This document shows, one piece after another, positions 32,317-41,779 of a stretch of 64,000 bases of DNA. Source of the stretch: an uncultured Nitrososphaerales archaeon (GTDB lineage Archaea > Thermoproteota > Nitrososphaeria > Nitrososphaerales > Nitrososphaeraceae). Where the stretch lies: positions 1 to 64,000 of the forward strand of contig CAVOHZ010000003.1 in NCBI GenBank assembly GCA_963695855.1. The letters run 5' to 3'. The position numbers and the translations under genes are program-made. The number at the start of each line of letters is the position of its first letter. Position 1 is the stretch's first letter. A model generated the notes under the pieces. That model had not been told where the DNA came from and ran no database searches. It was given only the letters and a program-made list of their open reading frames with translations.

Positions 32317-33321
32317 TTGAAGAAAGTCTCTCGTACGGAATTAATTTCCAATAAAAAGAATATAAAGCTTATCTTGTTAATTTTTATTTCTGCTGTATTT
32401 TCTGTTATAATAATCAATCTTGCTCAAACTGCTAACGGGGACAATACGTATCAAACAAATAATTTTAATATTGCAGTTGCATCAGATTGGGGATGTAATG
32501 AAGACGCTAAAAAGACTTCAGAAAATATCCAAAACCATAATGCTGAACTTGTGATTGCAGGTGGTGATCTTAGTTATGAAGCGTCTGCAGATTGTTGGTT
32601 TAAAATTATTTCGCCCTTCAAATCAAAATTAAAGGTATCTCTGGGAGATCATGAATATCATGAAACGACTGGCGGGATCCAAGGAGTTTTAGAAAATTAT
32701 TTGAAACCGCTACACATACAAAAAACGTACTATTCTTTCGATATAAATAAAGTTCACATCATTGCAATGGATCCCTATATTGATTATGGTACTAATTCTG
32801 ATCAATATCAATTTATCGAATCTGATTTAAAAAAAGTATCTCAGAATCCAAAAATAGATTGGATATTTGTTATAGAACATATCCCAATGTATACATCACC
32901 TTCTGAACATCCTGCTGATGTAACCATTAGAGACACATATCATAATTTATTTGATAAATATGGTGTTGATTTAGTATTTAGTGGAGATAACCATAACTAT
33001 CAAAGAACTTTTCCACTAAAATATAACAATAATGGTGACAATTCTAATCCCATAGTATCCAATAAAAATACAAATGATTATAACAATGATGATGGAGTTA
33101 TCTATATTATTTCTGGTACTGCAGGAAGATCTCATTATGCAATTAAAGAACAATCATCTTTTGTTTCTAAACAAGATGATAAAAATTTTGGATTTCTAAA
33201 TATTGATATAAAATCGGATAAAACACTAACTGCTAGTTTCTATGCAAATGAAGATAGTTTTAATAATGATAAAAATAACAAAAACGTTATAGATAGATTT
33301 ACCATTTCGAAGATGACTTAA
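32317..33321 (+). CDS. Secreted metallophosphoesterase with altered metal ligands
   Basis: DWG, GDLSY, GDHE, IEH and GDNH.YQR motifs. Confidence 0.88.
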   Translation: MKKVSRTELISNKKNIKLILLIFISAVFSVIIINLAQTANGDNTYQTNNFNIAVASDWGCNEDAKKTSENIQNHNAELVIAGGDLSYEASADCWFKIISPFKSKLKVSLGDHEYHETTGGIQGVLENYLKPLHIQKTYYSFDINKVHIIAMDPYIDYGTNSDQYQFIESDLKKVSQNPKIDWIFVIEHIPMYTSPSEHPADVTIRDTYHNLFDKYGVDLVFSGDNHNYQRTFPLKYNNNGDNSNPIVSNKNTNDYNNDDGVIYIISGTAGRSHYAIKEQSSFVSKQDDKNFGFLNIDIKSDKTLTASFYANEDSFNNDKNNKNVIDRFTISKMT

Positions 33322-33474
33322 CCATATGACAGAAATAGAAGTATAAAGTACGTGTAACACTTGTGGTAGGATAATACGGTGTTGGAAATCAGAAAATATT
33401 GACATGATGTTTATCTGCAGACATAAAAAAATAAAAATGTACCTAAATATGTTTACAATTTATTGGTGATATAA

Positions 33475-35023
33475 TTGGTTGAATGGTTAAAAATTAAAGG
33501 CGATGAAAAAAATAAATTTCTTTTACTTCTACTTCCTTTAATTTTAAGTGCAGTTATCAACACCTGGAATATAACAGGTTTTCCTAATTTACACGTTGAT
33601 GAAGGATATTACATGTGGAAAACAATGTCTATACTTCAGGGTCAAGGTCTCCTAACATCAGATAGCTATTTGGATAGATATTTTGCTCCTTATTTTGGTC
33701 CGATATTTTTAGCAGGTCTTCTTGGAATGATAGGATATCCTGATATAGTTAATCCAACTCTTGATACTGCTTCGATAGAATCACTTTATTTAATCCCACG
33801 ATTAATTATGAGTATTTTTGCAATCTTAGATACTTTTCTTATCTTTAAAATAGCTGAAAAAAGATATGACATAAAAATAGCATTTATAGCAGCGGTTCTT
33901 TTTGCTGTAATGCCATACGAATGGTTACTTAAGAGAATATTTCTGGAAACAATCCAGTTGCCTCTGCTCTTGACGTCAATATTGCTAGTACTCTTATCTG
34001 AAAAAGATCCCAGATGAAACAAAAAATACCAAAGCTGAAATAAAAAATACTATTTTGATTCTATTTTCAGGTGCTCTATTAGGTTTGGCTATATTTACAA
34101 AAATCCCTATTTTTGCAATGATTCCACTAATAGGATATCTTATTTATGCAAATACCAATAAAAAAAATAAATTTAAGAGTCTTGGATTGTGGCTTATTCC
34201 AGTCATTTTAATTCCTATGTTATGGCCTGCTTTTGCTTTTTCTATAGGCGAATTTGATAAGTGGATTGAAGATGTCTTACAACAAACTCAACGAGAGAGT
34301 AAACCACTTGTTAATACACTTACAACATACCTTGAAAATGATCCCGCAATGTTTTTGTTGGGATTAGCAGGAATAGTGAATGCAGCTATTAGACGAGATT
34401 ATTTTATATTGTTATTTAGTCTTCCTTTCATCTTATTTTTATACTGGATTGGTTATGTATCAACTTTTCATATAATACCTCTTTTTCCGGTATTTGCAAT
34501 TGGTGGTGCCAAAATGATAATTGATTTAACAAATTTAGTACCAAATCTAAAATTTTGTAAAACTATCCCATATGTTATTTTATCTGCTATTGCTGTATTT
34601 TGTCTCATCTCTACATTTCTTTTGATCTCGATTGATACAAACTCTGTAGTATTTCAAACACATTTAGCTGTAATCCAGGAGTTACAAAAGACTAATGGAA
34701 CTATTACTCTTGTTGGAAATGCACTTTATTTATGGATGCCACACTATATTTTTGATCTACCTTATAAAACTGCAAGTTTCGATTCGACTAATCCTCTAGA
34801 TAGTGAACATTTCATCCTAATAGCTGATCCCAGATATAAAGCGATCATAAAAGAAAACAGTCCTCGAGGAATTTTTCATAAAGACCTGTTTCTACAATCT
34901 CAAATAATTGAAACAATCAAACCGGATCATCCAATTAAAAAATACAAGCTCAATATTTATCCATATACAAATTTAAGACAATCATCAATAGTAAGAGATG
35001 TAGAAATACGATCTAACTACTAA
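33475..35023 (+). pseudogene. GT-C (ArnT/PMT, GT39-like) polyprenyl-phosphate-sugar glycosyltransferase, single frameshift
   Basis: HVDEGYY after TM1 and SG.LLGLAIFTK.P. Removing one base at ~34000-34011 joins ORFs 33475-34017 and 34055-35023 via DETKNTKAEIKNTI. Confidence 0.8.
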
Positions 35024-35404
35024 CTGTTTTGAGTTTAAGTCAATTAAATCAATCAATCTTTTATCGATTATAGTTATAGTGAATGACATCTTGAGGATGT
35101 AGAAAAATTAAATCTTGTCTTTATAAATCCTAATCAAGTCTTTCCATTTATTTTTTCAGCAACTGTATCTCCCAAAAATTGGTTACTATTATAGTAATAA
35201 TAAATTATATTTATTACTATTAAATTAACTACTGTGTATTATAAATAAGATATATGTGTTATTCACTTTTACATATCATTTGGTAACAGAAGAACCAATG
35301 TTAAAAATTCCAAAAAAAACTTCTCAAATAATCGTATCATATTACAATAATGAAATTATTTTATTATAATTTTGTAACATTAGTCACATTTAGAGTATTC
35401 TGTT

Positions 35405-36556
35405 CTATCCCACAGGCTTGAATACTTGAATAGTATTGGCTGCCCTATCTGAAACATACACATTTCCATCCGAATCTATTGCAAGGTGTTCTGGATCAGT
35501 AAATTGACCATCGCCATTTCCCAAGGATCCAAATTTTGTAATAAAACGACCATCGGCATCAAACTTTTTGACGCTAGGTTTGCCACTGCCAGTATCGCCA
35601 AGTTGTGGGTCATTAACGTAAATGTTATCATATTTGTCTGTAGCCATATGTTCTACTTCTGAAAACTGGTTATCGCCGGTTCCTGTCGAACCGAATTTTA
35701 AGAGAAAATTGCCATTGCTATCAAATTTTTGAACTCTGTCGGTTCCTCTATCATTTACAATTATATTACCTTTTGAATCTATTATAACAGTAACAGGCAG
35801 AATAAATTGGCCATCGCCGCTACCTAGAGTTCCCCAGCTCTTGACAAATTTACCGCTAGGATCAAATTTTTGGATACGGTTATTCTTTGAATCAACAACA
35901 TAGAGAAATTTTATATCTTTGTCCACAGCAATTTGTCTTGGATTATTGAATTCACCTGGTTTTGTACCAAAAGAACCAAATTTAAATAGAAAGTTACCAT
36001 CTTTGTCAAATTTTTGAATACGATGATTTCCTCTATCAGCAATCCAGACGTCACCTTTGGCATCAACATCAACACTATATGGTACAGTAAATTCACCATC
36101 TCCTTTTCCTTTTGATCCCCATTTCTTTATAAAGTTGCCATCTTTATCAAATATCTGAATACGATTACCATCTCTATCTACAGTATAGAGATATTTTTCT
36201 GTAGGATCAAAGTCAAGGTCATGAACTCGTTGGAATTGGCCATCTCCAGTTCCGTTTGATCCCCATTTTTTAACAAATTGATATACTGTAGCATTTGGAT
36301 CAAATGCGCTTGCGCTCTGAACGAGCATCATAGACAAAACCAACATACTTGTTATAATAAGAAGAGAACTAGAAAGATAGTAAATGTAATGATTAATGTT
36401 ACAATTAATATTACAATTAAGATTTGATTTCATATCACTTACTTTCATAGTTACCATTTTTGGGACAATAGAAAAATAGATTTTTACAATCCATTTTGAA
36501 TATAAATCAAAAAATGAATTTGAATTATAATTAAAATATTTTTGTTTCATAAACAT
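35405..36556 (-). CDS. Secreted NHL-repeat six-bladed beta-propeller
   Basis: Signal peptide ending ASA and six NHL repeats; true start probably downstream of the first Met. Confidence 0.9.
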   Translation of the reverse strand: MFMKQKYFNYNSNSFFDLYSKWIVKIYFSIVPKMVTMKVSDMKSNLNCNINCNINHYIYYLSSSLLIITSMLVLSMMLVQSASAFDPNATVYQFVKKWGSNGTGDGQFQRVHDLDFDPTEKYLYTVDRDGNRIQIFDKDGNFIKKWGSKGKGDGEFTVPYSVDVDAKGDVWIADRGNHRIQKFDKDGNFLFKFGSFGTKPGEFNNPRQIAVDKDIKFLYVVDSKNNRIQKFDPSGKFVKSWGTLGSGDGQFILPVTVIIDSKGNIIVNDRGTDRVQKFDSNGNFLLKFGSTGTGDNQFSEVEHMATDKYDNIYVNDPQLGDTGSGKPSVKKFDADGRFITKFGSLGNGDGQFTDPEHLAIDSDGNVYVSDRAANTIQVFKPVG

Positions 36557-36609
36557 ATATAGAGATGATTAACATAGTTTAAAAATTATATGATACAACT
36601 GTATAACTG

Positions 36610-37285
36610 AGGCCGGGTCATAATTATTCCATTTTCATAAAGAATAAAGCTAGTTTATTGGTGTATGATGTTTTGGTGAAAAACTATCATTCAATCCAAC
36701 AAACTAGCACAGAAAAGATCTACATCTATTCTAATTAGTATTTTGTATTTGATTGGTTTGATTAGTTGGCCACATAATAATAGAGGAGGAGGAGGTGGGC
36801 GTGGTAGACCATATTTCTATCCTTCTACTGTTATACTACGATGTTTTATAGTACGTATCTGGTTTAGATTGGATTTGAACAGAGCATTATATGAGTACCT
36901 TGCAATGGACCTATCATATAACAGAAAGGTAATAATGAAGGGATGTGGACTATCCAGAATACCAGGCAGAAGAACATTTGATAGACGTCTTGCTACACTA
37001 TCTGATGATATCAAAAACAGGATTACTACAATGCGTGAACTTTTTGTTCGCGATAAAATAATCGATACATCTATCCTCTCAGCAGACAGTGCCCTTATCA
37101 AGGCTAGAGGTTATGTCTGGCACAAATCATCTATGGAAGAGGGAGTAGTACCACATTCTGGTATTGATACAGATGCAATGTGGGGATTCAGCCATACAAA
37201 GGAGGGTTGGATATTTGGATACAAATTACATTTGATATCAAGTACTGGTGGTTTGATAATTGTACCTTTGGCAGTTAGAGCATAA
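36610..37285 (+). mobile_element. Truncated DDE transposase (IS4/IS5-like)
   Basis: GRGRP, RRTFDRRL, ADSALIKA, DTDA.WG and GWIFGYKLHL motifs; C-terminal half is missing. Confidence 0.75.
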
Positions 37286-37350
37286 CTTACTGTCTGATTT
37301 GGATTTACTGGACTTGTTCACATATAGTTAGATCTTTAGTTAACTTAACA

Positions 37351-37700
37351 TCCATGAAAATCTCCATCTGTATTAGGTCATCCTTATGTTCCTGTCAAGC
37401 GTAATATTATATAATATTTGTAGTATTAAAAATTATCTAAAATAGCCTATCCTAGATATGTTTCTTTACATTATTTTTATTTTCTTTTTTTCTTTTATTT
37501 TTTATATAGCTTGCAGGCGGCAAACATCCCTCCACCTTCTTTATGATGTGCTTGTATAGCCGCTCGGATATTGGGTCAGTGAGAGCCTCACTCTGATACG
37601 GAGTATGTTAAGTTTGAACCTAGCCTGTATACAAGAGGGATTGGTACCCAATAAAGATTTTCATGTAGTCAGAGCCGATTCTGCTTCTATTTTTTTCAAA
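37351..37700 (-). mobile_element. Orphan structured non-coding element, probable IS110-type right end
   Basis: Nested inverted repeats ATCCCTC/GAGGGAT, CTTGTATA/TATACAAG and AGTGAG/CTCACT; AGGNTAGG motifs and terminal TTTTCAT shared with 39363-39609. Confidence 0.4.
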
Positions 37701-37752
37701 CTTGAGATAACATAATTATCAAAATACAGGCGGATATAAAACACTATTTTTC

Positions 37753-38871
37753 TCACTTAATTATTTTGAATTCATCTAACACTTCGCCGTCATTGGAATA
37801 GTATTTACCTATTAAAGTATTTGCGTTATTTTGAAAATCGATATCCAAAAATCCATAATTTGAATCCTGTTGAAATACTATAAATGGTTCCTGGTTGGTA
37901 AAAGCATCAAAATTAACTCCACCAGTTCCTACAACTATCTGAAACATTCCTTTAGGGGATGTGTATTCAGTTTTGCCGTTATCGTTAATAATTGGTTGTG
38001 CTGGATTTTTTTCATTATAAGATAGAGGATATGTTCTTTGATAATTATGGGCATGGCCACTAAACAGTAAATCAACTCCATATTTTTCAAACAGGGGATG
38101 GTATGTATCTCTCAATTTTTTTATTGGTTCACAAGAGTCATGAAGTCCACAAAGTGAAGAATATTGCTGTCTATGAGTCATAACGATAATCCACTTTATA
38201 TCCGGATTTTTTGATGCTTGTAACAGATCTTTATCAACATATTCATATTGTTCTGTTTCTTCAGCATCTGAGAAACGATCTTCTTCACCAGCATTATATG
38301 TAGATTCAGAAGACATCATTAGAAAATGTATGTTCTTGTAATTAAACGAGTAATATTCCCCGGGTAATCCAAAGTTTTCCATATATTGTTCGAAAATGGT
38401 AGGCGACATGTAATCATGATTACCAATTACTGACTTCATTTTGTCAGATATTGGTTTAACTATGTCTAACCAACAATTCATATCAGTGCCATAGGATGTA
38501 TCTCCAAGACTGAAGACTATCTCTGGATTGTGATCTTGAATAGAATCTACTGTCTTTTTAGTATCTTTAGTGCAACCCCAATCACCAACTATTGCAAAAT
38601 TGAAATTAGACGAATTTTTTTCATCCTCAAACTGTTCATTTTTTTCCTTAAAAGCCATATTTTGACTTTTAGAATCTGCACTTTCAGAGTTTTCACTTTT
38701 ATGCGATGAAGTGCTTTTACCGCTATAGTCATTAGGGTCATAATATTCTTCTAATGGCAATTCAAAAATATTATCATCTTTGGAAAATGCATTTTTTAAT
38801 GAAATATGAGTAGAAAGTAATAACGATAAACACAAAGAAATGATTAATATTTTATTATATTTATTTAACAC
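37753..38871 (-). CDS. Secreted metallophosphoesterase (purple acid phosphatase-like)
   Basis: GDWG, GDTSY, GNHD, MTH and GHAH.YQR motifs. Confidence 0.9.
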   Translation of the reverse strand: MLNKYNKILIISLCLSLLLSTHISLKNAFSKDDNIFELPLEEYYDPNDYSGKSTSSHKSENSESADSKSQNMAFKEKNEQFEDEKNSSNFNFAIVGDWGCTKDTKKTVDSIQDHNPEIVFSLGDTSYGTDMNCWLDIVKPISDKMKSVIGNHDYMSPTIFEQYMENFGLPGEYYSFNYKNIHFLMMSSESTYNAGEEDRFSDAEETEQYEYVDKDLLQASKNPDIKWIIVMTHRQQYSSLCGLHDSCEPIKKLRDTYHPLFEKYGVDLLFSGHAHNYQRTYPLSYNEKNPAQPIINDNGKTEYTSPKGMFQIVVGTGGVNFDAFTNQEPFIVFQQDSNYGFLDIDFQNNANTLIGKYYSNDGEVLDEFKIIK

Positions 38872-39362
38872 GTTAAGATAAAATTTTTATGGTTTAAATA
38901 TTTTTGTAATAAATGGGTTTTAATATTGACCCAGTACAAATTTATTAATTAAATTTAAGGAAAACACTATCGATAAAAATATTACTCAAAATTTTATAGA
39001 AACATTGAAAAAATATTAAAAACAGGGCCAAGAATGTGTCTTTGCGATACTAATTGGAGAAGATATAGATCAAGATAGTTATGATTTTAATTAATAAGAA
39101 TGAACATAAAATTAATAACGAAAATATAATCGTAATAGAAAAGGTTCTTCGAATTCTGTTTTATTAAATTTAAATAAAATATTAAACTAATCAATATTTT
39201 GTTGATTTATATGAATTAACAGTCTGATTCCAGTATATCTTTCAATTTCGTATGCAGAATTCATATTAATGGAAGTGTATCATATAGCAAAGAACATTGT
39301 TCTTGTTTTAAAATATCATTAATCCCTTACCGATTTCATAAACAGAATCTCAGCTTAATTTC

Positions 39363-39742
39363 AGGATGAAAAGATTTGACTTGAATATGCGAAACTATAT
39401 GTAGGAAGGTTTCTCCAATGTTCATATACTACTCGTTCCTAATAGGATTAGCTGGTGAATAATAGCATTCTCCCATACGCACCAATAGTGCACCGTGGCT
39501 TTGCGCTAGTAGTAGCCAGACCTAACCTACAGATGACATCCATAATAGTTGTCATATAATAATAACAATATGATGATGCAAGAAACCAGGAGGTCCTAAC
39601 ACTATATTATTATCCATCCAGTCTAAAGGGACGATCTTTCTTTAGCATAACATATATCACACGCATCAATTTTCTTGCTGCTGCAATTATGGCAATTTTG
39701 TTGTTCCTCTTTCTATTCTTTATCTTGTTGCAATGTACTGTT
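39363..39742 (-). mobile_element. IS110-family remnant: transposase C-terminus plus right non-coding end, cut off by IS6
   Basis: Minus strand reads KIAIIAAARKLMRVIYVMLKKDRPFRLDG* (stop at 39610), the typical IS110 C-terminal ARKL helix; a structured ~250 bp region follows. Confidence 0.7.
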
Positions 39743-40462
39743 GGTGCTGTTAACTTAAGGAAAGAGATATAGCTGCGAACGTTCTATTCTAACAATATAT
39801 GTTGTTAAGATTTGTCAGAAATAGAACATCTACGGGTATAGTAATGTATTCTTTGTATTTGTACTTTCTTGGTCACAGTCTACTAAATACATCCATAGCA
39901 TTGCAACCTTTTAAGGATCAAAAAAGAAGTTATGTTGCTGCATGGGATTGGATTCAACAGTTTGGTTCATGTCAGATCTATAACAAGTAAAGAAGAATTT
40001 CTGCATTCATTATAGATGAGAATATAATTCAGATTGGTAGTCAACATTTTTGGTTGTGGATCTGTATAGAACCTGTTCATAAATCATACTTGGAATCTAC
40101 ATTTCTAGAGAAACATGTTTGTAGCAGAGAATTTTATTAGATCGCATGTATCAAGGTATGGAAAACATACAGTTTACACAGATGGTGGCGGTACGTGGTA
40201 TCCACAAGCATGTAACTTTTTAAATCCAAAACATCGATTGCATTCACCTTAAGAGAAGAGCTTTATAGAAAGAGTGATGCAGTATTTCAAGGATAGGACA
40301 TAATGTTTTGATGATTACTATCCTTGTAATAATAATAAACAAAATTGTGATCTACAGCATGTATACAATTGGATCAAATTATTTGTTCATCTGTATAATG
40401 CAAAAATTAGAAACAATATTGTACCAAAATTGGAGGCTAAATAGTCTTAAGTCAACACAGCC
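39743..40462 (+). mobile_element. IS6-family element, 720 bp, inactivated transposase
   Basis: Terminal inverted repeats GGTGCTGTTAACTTAAG / CTTAAGTCAACACAGCC; homologous to the 29447 copy; internal stops and frameshifts. Confidence 0.88.
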
Positions 40463-40643
40463 TGATTTTAGTGTAGAATTTTGGTATTATTTTTAAATTC
40501 AATTATAAATATATACGATGATTCTATCTTTTTAAGATATTTGTTATAAATTTATTCTAAATGATTTACATAAATGCCTTTTTAACATAACAAATCTCAT
40601 TTTGTTATTGTGATACAATTCCGTCAACGAAAAGAAAAATATA

Positions 40644-41015
40644 TCATTTCTTTATGATAGCAAAAAAGAAGAACAAAGTAACTAAAGTTGTTATTGATGC
40701 AGCAAAAAACTCTAATAGAGAATAAGATTGTAATATAGGATAAAAATCTTCAAGAGCTTCAAAGTATAAATAAAAAGTAAAAGATACAAATGCAAATACC
40801 GCATAAAGGATTTTCTTGACACCTTTTTTCCTATATGCGTAAATAGAGAGAGCTGAAATAATCGTAGATAGTATTGCACTTGAAAAATATACGATTCCTT
40901 CCAGTTGATCTATATTTACCAATTGAAAAATCATAAAAAAAGATCTACTTTTTATCTTCGTCTGATAGCAATAGAAATATTTCTGCAAGGCTGTTAGCCC
41001 ATCTATCCCAAACAC
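40644..41015 (-). CDS. Small 3-TM membrane protein coupled to a wHTH regulator
   Basis: Paralog of 27169-27507; real start is likely the internal Met (MIFQLV) just after the regulator stop. Confidence 0.72.
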   Translation of the reverse strand: MFGIDGLTALQKYFYCYQTKIKSRSFFMIFQLVNIDQLEGIVYFSSAILSTIISALSIYAYRKKGVKKILYAVFAFVSFTFYLYFEALEDFYPILQSYSLLEFFAASITTLVTLFFFFAIIKK

Positions 41016-41484
41016 CTTTGTAATAATTTTTTAATAATCTGATTATTTCAGGAATGTTAGAGTACTCACTATTATTGACCGAATACCTGATAAATTTTCC
41101 ATCTTTTTTTTCAGTTATCACACCATAAGAAATCAATCTCTCAATGTGCCAATTGGTCGCTGAATAAGAAATATTTAAATGAGATGCTATTTCACCTTTC
41201 GTAGGATTTTTCTTTTCGATTATATACAAAAGAAGATTTCGTAAAGAATTATGACTTAATATTTGCAACAACTCCTTCTCATGTTCTTGAAATATCCCAT
41301 ATGGATAATAAAATTTGTAGAAACCTTTCCTCAAAGAAATAATTTTTCCATCTTTTTCTAGCTTATTCAATTGATATTGAATTGTTCCCATAGAGAACCC
41401 TAATTCCTTTTTTATGCCTCGAAAATGACATCCAGGATGATTTTTTACAAAATCTAAGACTCTTGAACTATTATCTTGCTCCAA
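40945..41484 (-). CDS. Double winged-helix transcriptional regulator
   Basis: HPGCHFRGIKKELGFSMGTIQYQL and NWHIERL; paralog of 27500-28084. Confidence 0.88.
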   Translation of the reverse strand: MEQDNSSRVLDFVKNHPGCHFRGIKKELGFSMGTIQYQLNKLEKDGKIISLRKGFYKFYYPYGIFQEHEKELLQILSHNSLRNLLLYIIEKKNPTKGEIASHLNISYSATNWHIERLISYGVITEKKDGKFIRYSVNNSEYSNIPEIIRLLKNYYKGVWDRWANSLAEIFLLLSDEDKK

Positions 41485-41779
41485 TGCTACTAGACCTTAT
41501 AATATTCAGGATAAAATCTTTGGCATATAAAGTATAAGAAATAAAAATTAGTACATCTGTGTAAGTATCTAGGCTAATAAGACTATTAGAATATCATCCA
41601 CAGTCATCTTTTTGTACCACATAACTTTTAAAGGGTAAGCAATTAAAATTGAAGGTGCAAATTTCGAGAAATTTATTTAATGTTAACGCAAGTTATTTTA
41701 CCTCCGCTCTGTATGATATTACATTGAAAAAATCATCTTTATTTCTATTGCATGACAGGTCCTATTTGGTTCATTTACT

